Shown piece after piece: positions 10,627-19,637 of a stretch of 64,000 bases of DNA. The notes under the pieces are model-generated. The model worked only from the letters and a program-made list of their open reading frames with translations, did not search any database and was not told the DNA's origin. A program made the position numbers and the translations under genes. Every line of letters starts with the position of its first letter. Position 1 is the stretch's first letter. The DNA is from Desulfarculales bacterium (GTDB lineage Bacteria > Desulfobacterota > Desulfarculia > Desulfarculales > Desulfarculaceae), in the NCBI GenBank assembly GCA_031554335.1, contig JAVBVK010000003.1:86144-150143 (forward strand). Direction: 5' to 3'.

Positions 10627-13056
10627 TTATTGATTGTTGGCGCTAAGCATTTCAGGCGCAAAGCCTAGGCGGGCGACTAGCGGTTTCATTTTTTCCGGTA
10701 TGGTGCCCGGCGAAAGGCTGTCTACCAAAAGGTGAACAGTATTCTGGGCACGCCACAAATTGGGTTTTATGCTAAAGGCCTGAGCCAGATCTAGCAAGTT
10801 GTTAACCAGCTCTATCCTAGAGGGATCGTTCTGCGCTCTGTGCAGGTACAGGTTGTCGGTTTCGCGTTCCAAGAGAGACTCAAAGGCCAGTTGCAGGGCG
10901 GAATAGTTGCTCACCATAACCCCCATGGCCTTGGCCTGCATTGCCAACTGGTTAAGTTTGTGTGGTATGGGGTCGCCCGTGGTTAGCGACTCCAGGCTGC
11001 TCATAAGCTGGTCTACCGTGACGATTTCAGCCAACGTTAAAAAAATGCGCGGCAGAGGTAAATTCATTTCCCGAAAGATCCGCATGGCCTCCCGGGCTTC
11101 GTCGTAAATAGAGGTTATTGACTTGCGGTAATTGTTGAGTACCGTGCCAAAGGCGGCCTTGGCCAGCATAGAACGGGTTTCTTCAGCCAGCTGTGTCGGA
11201 TCTACCCGTTTGTAGCCATGGGCATTGGTAAGCACCGCCCTAAGCTGATGAGCGTTGGCGTCTTGCAGCAGAGCGTAGAAATACTTCCAATTGGCCTTAT
11301 CATCGCTAGATTCGCTCCATGGCGATACAATGCATACAGGTTCGGTTTCCGGAACATAAAAAATGATATAACTGAATTTGTGCTGCAACAGTAAGTGGTG
11401 GTGCCGAAAACTCAACGCACCGCCAAACAAACGCATGCTTAAATGCTTGGCTTGTTCACTCCAGTCAGACTCTACCGCATAACAGTGAAAGTTGCTATCT
11501 ACCGTAGTACGGTTTACAATTGAGGGCAGCACTGCCTCTATTACCAGTTGTTCTGGCTTTATCCAGTCGCCCCATACATGGCGGCGCCATATATCGAGCC
11601 CGGTGCCTTCGGTGCGTTGATTGGAAATGGCGGTTTCCAGCGTGGCCAGCAGTTTGCGCTGATAGCTGCCAGATTTAATTGATTCGGCCAGTTCAATGGC
11701 GCGCGCCGCGTAGCGCATATTTTGTATTGGTTCCAGGCCCGCTATATCATCGAAAAACCATCCGCAGGAAGTAAACGTATACATACTGTAACGGCTACAT
11801 TCCATAAGTTTCATGGCCGTATGGGCTTCAAGCTGGTTTAATTCTTTAGCCTGGTTACGTCGCAAAAAATCGTGAATGGCTTCTATCGTGGCCGGGCCCT
11901 GCAAAAAATTTATATAGTCGTTGCGCGCCTGGTAAGGGTCTTTGAAAAGCTCGCGGCCATAAGTTTCCATAAGCCCGCTTATGTCGTCTCTTAGCTCGTC
12001 AAAGGCCTTACGTAGAGGCGCGCGCCAGGCCAGGCTCCACCCCTGCCCGTGCCCGCCACAGCCGCAATCAGAGCGCCAGCGTTCCACCCCATGCGCGCAA
12101 GACCATGATGACCTCTCCACGATTTGCGCTTCCCAGGTGGGAGGGTTGTCAGCCAGAAAGGCGGCGTAGTTGCTAAGGGTGGTTGTCGGGTCTTTGTGCA
12201 GGGCCTGCAAGGCATAGGCTAAAGCCATTTCGCCAAAACGGTGGTGATGGCCGTAAGACTCTCCGTCGGTGGCCATATTGGCCAGTTGCGCTTCCGCCGG
12301 AAACTTATCCAACGCATCACGCACGCGGTTTGCAAAAACAGCGCCATCATTAAGCACGCCTTCAAAAGCAATGGCCTGGCTCAAGGGGCCGTCATAAAAA
12401 AACAGGGCCAGCCTGCCGCCGCTGGGCAGGGTGACAAAATAGGGGCGTTTAGGGTCAATGCGCCCTCCACGCATGTCCTGCCAGGGAGAGTAATTGCTGG
12501 CACGTGCCGCCGCGGCCTGTCCTGGAGCCAGAATAGTGAACTTTATGCCTTCCGCTGCCAGCACATCCAGGGTTTCCAAATCTACCGCCGCTTCGGCCAG
12601 CCACATGCCTTCGGGCTTGCGCGCAAAATATTTTTCAAAATTGGCTATACCCCATTTTACCTGGGTTATTTTGTCTTGGCGGTTAGCCAAGGGCATTATG
12701 ATATGATTGTAAACTTGGGCTATGGCATTACCGTGCCCAAGGCGTGCCAGGCTTTTTTTGTCGGCGGCCTGCAGCTCTTCCACCGTGCGCGGGTTATGTT
12801 TGGCCAGCCAGTCTAACAATGTAGGGCCGAAATTAAAAGATATGAATTCGTAGTTATTTAATATTTCGATAATTTGTGCCGCGTTGTTTAAAATGCGGGC
12901 TGCGGTGTTGGGCGCATAACATTCAGAATTTACTCTCTCATTCCAGTCATGGAAGGGACTGGCGCTGGGCTGGGTTTCTATATCTTCCAGCCAGGGGTTC
13001 TCTCGGGGGGGCTGATAAAAATGTCCATGAATGCAGACAAATTTTTTGTTTTTCAT
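10627..13056 (-). CDS. GH57 domain protein with long C-terminal extension (DUF3536-like)
   Basis: 'IHGHFYQPPRENPW' GH57 N-terminus. Start moved to the ATG at 13056 (MKNKKF...). Confidence 0.8.
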   Translation of the reverse strand: MKNKKFVCIHGHFYQPPRENPWLEDIETQPSASPFHDWNERVNSECYAPNTAARILNNAAQIIEILNNYEFISFNFGPTLLDWLAKHNPRTVEELQAADKKSLARLGHGNAIAQVYNHIIMPLANRQDKITQVKWGIANFEKYFARKPEGMWLAEAAVDLETLDVLAAEGIKFTILAPGQAAAARASNYSPWQDMRGGRIDPKRPYFVTLPSGGRLALFFYDGPLSQAIAFEGVLNDGAVFANRVRDALDKFPAEAQLANMATDGESYGHHHRFGEMALAYALQALHKDPTTTLSNYAAFLADNPPTWEAQIVERSSWSCAHGVERWRSDCGCGGHGQGWSLAWRAPLRKAFDELRDDISGLMETYGRELFKDPYQARNDYINFLQGPATIEAIHDFLRRNQAKELNQLEAHTAMKLMECSRYSMYTFTSCGWFFDDIAGLEPIQNMRYAARAIELAESIKSGSYQRKLLATLETAISNQRTEGTGLDIWRRHVWGDWIKPEQLVIEAVLPSIVNRTTVDSNFHCYAVESDWSEQAKHLSMRLFGGALSFRHHHLLLQHKFSYIIFYVPETEPVCIVSPWSESSDDKANWKYFYALLQDANAHQLRAVLTNAHGYKRVDPTQLAEETRSMLAKAAFGTVLNNYRKSITSIYDEAREAMRIFREMNLPLPRIFLTLAEIVTVDQLMSSLESLTTGDPIPHKLNQLAMQAKAMGVMVSNYSALQLAFESLLERETDNLYLHRAQNDPSRIELVNNLLDLAQAFSIKPNLWRAQNTVHLLVDSLSPGTIPEKMKPLVARLGFAPEMLSANNQ

Positions 13057-13243
13057 AGCGCGTCCTCGGCAAGGCTTGAGAATTAGGGGGCCATAACTCA
13101 AGCCCAAGATAAACTAAAGTTGCATTATAGTATAATACCATAATAATTATACACATAAGCATCAATAAGTAACCACCGGCCAAAGTGTGTGGCACGGTTG
13201 AAGTAAGTGGGAAAACAAGCTGCACTAGTTAGCGGGAAAAGGT

Positions 13244-14671
13244 ATGCGCCAATATCATGAAGAGACAATTTATCAACGAGGTTCATTGCTGGGGCACAGC
13301 TTGGATTGGGGCAACCGCCCCATAACCGTAAAAAATTATAAAAATAGAAGCCTTATACCAATAGCGGCTGAAGCTTCGATAGCTGGCGGCTTTTTTGACG
13401 TGGCAACAAGCTGGCCGCCGCGCTATGGCAAAGCGTCCAAAGCCGCCCCCCATGCCACCGGGCTTTGCCAGGTGCTGCAAATGAGCGCCGGCATCACCAG
13501 CCCGCGTTGGGAAGACGGGCGGCTTTTGGGGTTGCGCGCCAATCCCAGCGCGGGCGCGCTTTATCCCTGCGAGCTTTACGTGGCTGCCAGTGAAGTACAA
13601 GGTGTGGCGGACGGGCTTTACCACTACAGCCCGGAAGGGCCGGGTTGGCATTTTTTGTGGGAAGAGAACTTGGCCGCGTTTGCTGCCACCGCTTTGGGGG
13701 GGCGCCCCGCGCGGCTTACATTTTTTATAACCAGCCTGCTGTGGCGCAGCTTATGGAAATATGGCAGCAGGGCCTACCGCTATTGTTTGTTGGACGCGGG
13801 GCATTTGCTGGCCAATCTGGAGCTGGCGCTGGCGCTACATGGCTGGCAGCCTCGCACCACTGCCAACTTTGCCGATAATGCGCTTTCCGTATTATTGTCT
13901 TTGGCAGATCAGAGCGAGCTTCCTTTGGTGGCGGTGCGCGCGGGCGGCGCACCCGGCGAGCCAGGGGCCAGCGACATAGACCTGCCGCCTTTGGATTTAC
14001 AGATGCAACCTTTGTCGCGCAGAGAAGGGCGCGATTTTGCCGTGTTAAACTTTCACCAGCAGTCTCAACTGGCCAAGCCCAAGGCAGAGCCAGTATGGCA
14101 GGGGATAACTCTTAAAGCGGGCGTCCGAAGCATAGATTTGCCCAAGCCTGCGCCGGGCGGACTGCCTCTGGCCCGGGCCATGTCAAGCCGCCGCTCTCAG
14201 CGCGTCTTTGCCGGCAAAGGGTTGAGCCTGCGGCAATTAGGCCAGCTCTTAAGCTGTATGATGCCCATGAGTTCACCGGTTATGGCCACCGTGGTGTGCG
14301 GAGCCAACTGCGAGGCTGGCGCGGGTACGCACCTATATCTGCCTGTACGCCACCAGTTGCTGCCGCGTAGCTTAGGGCAAGATTGGCGTGGTGTGGTTGC
14401 CGAAGCATGCTTAAGCCAAAACTTTATGGCCAAAGCCAGCGCACAGATTATTTTGTGGGCTGACTTGGCTGCTCTGGAAGAGCAGGTAGGCAATAGGGCC
14501 TACCGTCAAGCCATGCTGGCCGCTGGGCGCGTAGGTCAGCGCTGTTATCTGGCTTGCCAGGCCTTGGGCCTTAACTGCTGCGGTATAGGGGCTTTTTATG
14601 ATGAAGACTTGGCCGCCATAAACGGAATGCCGGAGAGGGCACAGCCGCTCTATGTATTGGCGTTAGGCTGA
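13244..14671 (+). CDS. SagB/ThcOx-type nitroreductase-fold dehydrogenase (two-domain)
   Basis: 'NPSAGALYPCELYV' and 'RRSQRVFAGKGLSLRQLGQLL' motifs typical of SagB-type dehydrogenase domains. Confidence 0.7.
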   Translation: MRQYHEETIYQRGSLLGHSLDWGNRPITVKNYKNRSLIPIAAEASIAGGFFDVATSWPPRYGKASKAAPHATGLCQVLQMSAGITSPRWEDGRLLGLRANPSAGALYPCELYVAASEVQGVADGLYHYSPEGPGWHFLWEENLAAFAATALGGRPARLTFFITSLLWRSLWKYGSRAYRYCLLDAGHLLANLELALALHGWQPRTTANFADNALSVLLSLADQSELPLVAVRAGGAPGEPGASDIDLPPLDLQMQPLSRREGRDFAVLNFHQQSQLAKPKAEPVWQGITLKAGVRSIDLPKPAPGGLPLARAMSSRRSQRVFAGKGLSLRQLGQLLSCMMPMSSPVMATVVCGANCEAGAGTHLYLPVRHQLLPRSLGQDWRGVVAEACLSQNFMAKASAQIILWADLAALEEQVGNRAYRQAMLAAGRVGQRCYLACQALGLNCCGIGAFYDEDLAAINGMPERAQPLYVLALG

Positions 14672-14676
14672 AGCGC

Positions 14677-14706
14677 TTGGCCAAAGCGCTTGGCTTGCGG
14701 TATAAT
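14677..14706 (+). promoter_or_regulatory. promoter candidate for tRNA-Arg (TTGGCC-18 nt-TATAAT)
   Basis: Perfect -10 TATAAT at 14701-14706, ending 13 nt before the tRNA 5' end. Confidence 0.45.
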
Positions 14707-14719
14707 CTTTCAATTCTAT

Positions 14720-14796
14720 GGCCCCGTAGCTCAGTAGGACAGAGCGACCGCCTCCTAAGCGGTAGGCCGTGCGTTCGATTCGCGCCGGGGCCACCA
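14720..14796 (+). tRNA. tRNA-Arg (anticodon CCU)
   Basis: Cloverleaf folded by hand: acceptor GGCCCCG/CGGGGCC, D stem GCTC/GAGC, anticodon stem ACCGC/GCGGT with loop CTCCTAA, T arm GTGCG-TTCGATT-CGCGC, encoded CCA. Confidence 0.9.
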
Positions 14797-14807
14797 TGTG
14801 CATAGAA

Positions 14808-14832
14808 GGCAGGGGCAACCCTGCCTTTTTTG
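14808..14832 (+). terminator. intrinsic terminator after tRNA-Arg
   Basis: ggcaggg-GCAA-ccctgcc stem-loop followed by TTTTTT. Confidence 0.8.
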
Positions 14833-15115
14833 TCTTTCATTGCTTAAGGTTATAATTATATAAATGCAGGCCAGGCTAAGGCAGGCGTATGATGGCGTTA
14901 GAATATGCCAACTTACCTTCAGGATGGCTGTGGCATGGAAATTTTTTACCGGCTCAAAGCAATCTTTTTCTTTATTACCAGTATCTTGACGAATAATCAT
15001 AAACGTGTAACACTAACTCCGTAATTGTTGTAAATGCTTTTTGAGTTATTGTAATCACATTTTTTTTACTGCGGCGGAGCCAGCTTGCTTTGGGTTCACG
15101 TCTTGAGGAGGATTT

Positions 15116-15817
15116 ATGAAACGTTGTTTGGCAGAATTGATAGGCACCTTTTGGCTGGTATTTGGCGGCTGCGGCAGCGCGCTTTTGGCCGCCGGGGTGG
15201 AGCCAGGAGGCATTGGCCTTTTGGGTGTTTCTTTTGCTTTTGGCCTTACCGTGCTTACCATGGCCTACGCCGTGGGGCACATTTCGGGTGGGCATTTCAA
15301 TCCGGCGGTTTCTTTTGGTTTGTGGGCAGGCGGCCGTTTTGCCGGTCGTGATCTGCCTGGCTATATTATCTCTCAAGTTATTGGCGGGTTGTTGGCGGGC
15401 GCGCTGCTATATTTCATTGTAACCGGCCAGCAAGGATTTAGCGAGCTTGGCCGTTTTGCTTCCAACGGCTTTGGCGAAGCCTCGCCTGGCCATTATTCCA
15501 TGGGTGCCTGCTTGGCCGCCGAATTTGTTTTAACCGCGGTATTTATTTTTGTTATTATGGGCGCTACCGACTCCAATGCCCCGCAAGGTTTTGCTCCCCT
15601 GGCCATTGGCTTGGCTCTTACCTTAATTCACCTAATTAGCATACCACTTACCAACACTTCGGTTAACCCGGCGCGTAGTATGGGGGTTTCGGTTTTTGCC
15701 GGCGGCATTTATTTACAGCAGCTTTGGTTTTTCTGGGTGGTGCCCATTGCCGGCGGCATTATCGGCGGAGTATTATACCGTTTTTTGGGTTGCTGCAAAT
15801 GCTGTAAAAAAGATTAG
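15116..15817 (+). CDS. aqpZ: aquaporin Z
   Basis: Two NPA boxes ('HFNPAVS', 'SVNPARS'), six-TM profile, GAGGAGG RBS. Confidence 0.95.
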   Translation: MKRCLAELIGTFWLVFGGCGSALLAAGVEPGGIGLLGVSFAFGLTVLTMAYAVGHISGGHFNPAVSFGLWAGGRFAGRDLPGYIISQVIGGLLAGALLYFIVTGQQGFSELGRFASNGFGEASPGHYSMGACLAAEFVLTAVFIFVIMGATDSNAPQGFAPLAIGLALTLIHLISIPLTNTSVNPARSMGVSVFAGGIYLQQLWFFWVVPIAGGIIGGVLYRFLGCCKCCKKD

Positions 15818-15840
15818 GGCATAGGCTGCCCGCCTGTTTA

Positions 15841-15870
15841 ACCCCCAGCCGTATGGCTGGGGGTTTTTAT
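15841..15870 (+). terminator. intrinsic terminator after aqpZ
   Basis: acccccagcc-gtat-ggctgggggt followed by TTTTT. Confidence 0.85.
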
Positions 15871-16236
15871 TTGTTCGCTGCCAAGCGTCGCAACTTGCAG
15901 GCTGGCTATGTAGAGTGTTACGCTTTATAGGCAGGGCAAAATAGCTTTCATTTGGCAGATACGAGGGTTGCCTCATTGAGCCTTAGTTTTTATTGCCGGG
16001 TAATGGTGCCGCATGGTGCTAGTTCTTTAATAACGCTATTTTTAACTTGGCCTGTTGTTAGCAGCCCCTACTTAATTGCACGATCACTATCGTTGGTTAT
16101 CTGCCAACAGAAATATATGGAATCCTATGTAACGTCGGGGCAAGATATCCAGGTCACCATAATTGTGGCATGCTAAGGCGCCCCCCCCCATGCCAGCTAA
16201 GCGTTTGTGCCAAGCGTAGGCATTAGCAATGTTTTT

Positions 16237-17046
16237 TTACGACAAGTTGCAGTATTTGGCCAGTTTGTCATAGCTGGGTGGAAAAACCGGATCCGCACTT
16301 ATGCCAAAATAGGGCGTTGGCATACGCGCCACGCCGCCATCGTGGGTGGCCTTTACCCCGCGCAGCACGCTTTGTATTTTTTCGCCAGGCATGGCAAAAC
16401 ACATTTCGTCGTCGCAGGTCATGGCAAACACCCGCTCGCCGCCGCCAGGCAATACCACATTGCACTGCTTGGTTTTAAACGGATAGCCTATGGAAGCGCC
16501 GCAGGCCCCCCTGCCCATAAAGCTGGAGGTTATATTGCCACCTTCTTCAAACAGCGCGCCTTGTATAAGGCGCACTATCTGCGCCGGGTTGCCGTAAATA
16601 ATCAGCACATCCGGCTCAAAGTCCGCTCTATGCAAAGGTGCCAGAATTAAGCTGTCAAAGCTGCCGGGGGCAAGATGCAGCTCCTTGCTGGCGGTATTTT
16701 TACCAGCGCTTAGATCCTTCACATAAAGAGGGTAAGCCACCTCGCCTTTTTTATTCATGGCCGGTTCTTTTACAAAGCCAAAAAGCACATGAGTAATGGG
16801 GCAGGCATGGTCTTGTTTACTGAAACCAATGGCACGCCCCAGGCGCCGGGCAATGGTTATGCCCTGGCACACCGCCAAGCCGTGTTGATAGAATTGGCGC
16901 GCGCTTTTTACCTTTTCCGGCAGGGAGCCCTTGAATAGCTTTACCGCCACCGGAAAAGTGGCTGGGCGCAGGTATTCGCTGATAAAAGCGTTGAGTTCAT
17001 AGTTAGTTATATTGTCTCCGTTTTTTTTGAGAGCTAGCGTACCCAT
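16237..17046 (-). CDS. DUF169 domain-containing protein
   Basis: 'FPVAVKLFKG...AVCQGITIARRLG' pattern typical of DUF169 (recollection); ~270 aa. Confidence 0.65.
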   Translation of the reverse strand: MGTLALKKNGDNITNYELNAFISEYLRPATFPVAVKLFKGSLPEKVKSARQFYQHGLAVCQGITIARRLGRAIGFSKQDHACPITHVLFGFVKEPAMNKKGEVAYPLYVKDLSAGKNTASKELHLAPGSFDSLILAPLHRADFEPDVLIIYGNPAQIVRLIQGALFEEGGNITSSFMGRGACGASIGYPFKTKQCNVVLPGGGERVFAMTCDDEMCFAMPGEKIQSVLRGVKATHDGGVARMPTPYFGISADPVFPPSYDKLAKYCNLS

Positions 17047-17448
17047 AATAACTCCTTTCGCTATCTAACAGTTAAACCGTAATATTTGTTTTTGCAGGGG
17101 GCCAGCCGGTTTGCGCTAGTTTGCGCCATACTCTTGTCTTGCATGCGTCATGTTAGTTTGGCGCGTGCCGTTAAAAGGCTATCCAGCCTGACACGGCCCG
17201 GCCTCCCACGCAGGCGGGGCCATGTTGTACTCTGGCGTCTAATTATAAGATAACACATATTTTTGCTGTGTGAAATAGGCATAAAAAACAGAAGTAGTTG
17301 GATAAAAGCGCATTACGCAGCTTTTCATGAGTTAGTCATATTTTTATGACTAATATATTTATTGCCGTTTTAATTACAGACAATTACAGACAAAGCGGAG
17401 GCGCGCAGGCCGGTTGGGTAGCGAAAAACATTTTTCTTAATCGGTTTT

Positions 17449-17474
17449 TTGTTATATAACTATCTTTATAACAA
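17449..17474. promoter_or_regulatory. 8-bp inverted repeat (TTGTTATA-N10-TATAACAA) upstream of the HxlR gene
   Basis: Perfect inverted repeat ending 36 nt before ATG 17510; candidate operator. Confidence 0.3.
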
Positions 17475-17509
17475 AAAAGGGCGGAGTTTGCTTATACGGG
17501 AGGATAGTT

Positions 17510-17962
17510 ATGAACAGAGACCTGGTAACATCTGAAAAGGGCTCTCTTAACGAACACACGCTGCCCACCAGCAAAGAAGCTTTCGATCTGGCCAGTTGCC
17601 CCATGGTCTCCACGGTGGAGTTGATTGGAGGTAAGTGGAAGCTTGGCATTATTTGCTATTTGCGTCAGGGCACCTGGCGCTTTAAGGAGCTGCAGCGCCA
17701 TTTGCCCAAAGTAAAACACCAGGTGTTAAGCCAGCAATTGCGCGAGCTGGAAGAGGCCAATATTGTGCGGCGCAAGGTTTATGCGGAAGTGCCCCCCAAA
17801 GTGGAATACTCGCTTACGGAAACAGGGCAAAGCCTGCTGCCGGTACTTAACGCCCTGCATGCCTGGGGCAGAGAACACTTTGCCGACTGCTGCGCCCGCC
17901 CCATGAAGGAGGGGGCCAAGCGAGAGAGGGCGCGCAAAAAAGCCCAACCCGCAGAGGCCTGA
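17510..17962 (+). CDS. HxlR family transcriptional regulator
   Basis: 'CPMVSTVELIGGKWKLGIICYL...FKELQRHLPKV..LSQQLRELEEANIVRRKVYAEVPPKVEYSLTETG'; GGAGG RBS. Confidence 0.85.
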   Translation: MNRDLVTSEKGSLNEHTLPTSKEAFDLASCPMVSTVELIGGKWKLGIICYLRQGTWRFKELQRHLPKVKHQVLSQQLRELEEANIVRRKVYAEVPPKVEYSLTETGQSLLPVLNALHAWGREHFADCCARPMKEGAKRERARKKAQPAEA

Positions 17963-17992
17963 AGCAGCCTCGTCCGCCAAAGGTAATCTTCA

Positions 17993-18610
17993 ATGTTCCC
18001 CTGTCTAAATTTATTAGAGCTGGCTCAACTAAGTGTAAGCCGGGTGTTAGCTCCGGGCGGGCTGGCCGTAGACGCCACGGCTGGCAATGGCTTTGACACG
18101 CTTTTTTTGGCCAGGCAGGTGGGAGAGGCCGGTCTGGTTGCGGCTTTTGAAATACAGGCCCAAGGCTTGGCCAATACCGGCGCGCTGTTGCGCGAACACG
18201 GGCTTGCCCGCAGAGTGCGTTTGCTGGCCGTGGGCCACGAGCACATGGCCGCTCAGGTGGAGCTGTTTAAAGAAGAGGATAAGAGGCGGCAACCGGGGGC
18301 GATAATGTTTAACCTGGGTTTTTTGCCGGGCAGCGACAAACAGATTAAAACCAGGCCCGCCACCACCTTGGCGGCATTAGAGCAGGCGGTCGGTTTACTG
18401 TCGGCCGGGGGCATAATTACTGTCCATTGCTACAACGGGCATGCGGGCGGGCAGGAGGAAGGCGATGCGGTGCTTGAATGGGCGCGCGCTTTGGATGCCA
18501 AGCGCTTCAGGGTTTACGGCTATCAGGCGCTCAACAAAAGGCGCGGGCCCGAGCAGTTGTTGCTGATAGGCCGTAGGGTTGCCCGAGAGGCAAGACACCC
18601 GTCACTATAA
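17993..18610 (+). CDS. class I SAM-dependent methyltransferase (YtqB/MnmM-like putative RNA methylase family)
   Basis: 'VDATAGNGFDTLFLARQVG' motif I and ~200-aa size. Confidence 0.65.
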   Translation: MFPCLNLLELAQLSVSRVLAPGGLAVDATAGNGFDTLFLARQVGEAGLVAAFEIQAQGLANTGALLREHGLARRVRLLAVGHEHMAAQVELFKEEDKRRQPGAIMFNLGFLPGSDKQIKTRPATTLAALEQAVGLLSAGGIITVHCYNGHAGGQEEGDAVLEWARALDAKRFRVYGYQALNKRRGPEQLLLIGRRVAREARHPSL

Positions 18611-19083
18611 ACCAACACCCCCTAACGGCCTGGGCCGGCCTTTTCCACAAGCCCGCGTCGCAGCATATTGGCATAGGCCCTGCGGTACGTCGGTTGGCTG
18701 GGCCGCAAGCCCCTTTGCCCCAGCAATTCCGCAACCCGCGATATAAACAGCATTCCCTTTCTTCGTATCCACAGCAATGCAAGGGTGCAGCCATTGCCAG
18801 GATGCGCGTAACTGTATAACTAATGCACCCCCAAAAATTCACAACGGGTAAGCTTGTCTTCGGCAAAACTGAAATTGGCAAACCCCACATTGGAAGCATG
18901 CAAATATACTGAAAAAAGTTTCTGCAATGCCATGGCGCAGCTAAGTTGCTGTAAAGAAAGGTGTTTAAAAAAATATCGTCACTATGCAGCCTGTGAATAT
19001 TGCTATTTACCCAGAAGTTTCCAGGCCCAGCTCACGAGCAAAAACGTTGTTTTTTGCATAGTTATACAAATATGTCCGGGATT

Positions 19084-19335
19084 TCAGCCTGATTGTGGCA
19101 GGCGCCGCAGTTGAACACCGCCAAATGGCTCAGTTGGTGGCCAGGGGGCATCGGCGCCATGGGTCATCACCGTGTACATGGAATCCACCCCGCCGGAAAA
19201 ACCGCTGGCCACCCCGGCGCTGGGCTGGGCCTGGCCGTTAAGCGGACCATGGATGGCAAAGAGCTGCTTGTTCTGGCAGTTGGCGGAAAGCGTGGGAATA
19301 TAATATTGGCTTGGCTGGTAATACAAGCGCGCCAA
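19084..19335 (-). pseudogene. possible truncated PP-loop ATPase/amidotransferase fragment
   Basis: The 83-aa ORF contains 'GFSGGVDSMY' (SGGxDS PP-loop) but stops after about 30 further residues. Downstream frames look protein-like but are broken. Confidence 0.3.
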
Positions 19336-19367
19336 TATGGAACATGCGCTATTTTCTATTCATACTA

Positions 19368-19508
19368 CAAGCCATTTCATAAATGGCTTGTAACGCCGCC
19401 TGGAACAGGCTTACGCGGCGGCGCAAGCCGCCGGGAGCGAAGCAAAAATCACACTTTTTGCTTCGCGCTCCGTCATAAATCACCCTTTAGGGGGATTTGT
19501 GAAATAAC
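19368..19508 (+). repeat. multi-hairpin intergenic element, copy A
   Basis: CAAGCCATTT-CAT-AAATGGCTTG hairpin, CAGGCTTACGCGGCG block and AAATCACCC-TTTA-GGGGGATTT hairpin. The related copy at 56709-56796 is inverted. Confidence 0.6.
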
Positions 19509-19637
19509 TTCCAATATTGGTTAGTAAAGCGTTAAGTTGAATTTTGGTGTATTATTATATTATGATAATGCCATTGCTTATCGTTTTTTACTACAATACC
19601 CTGTTCTCTTTGACAAGAATTAGTGTACATAATTGCC

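Noticed and set aside
18854-19114. Cys-rich 86-aa ORF (11 Cys) as a secreted peptide or precursor
   Set aside because: The listed start is TTG with no RBS. It overlaps the PP-loop fragment on the opposite strand and lies in a decayed region. It is mentioned in a finding but not called as a gene.
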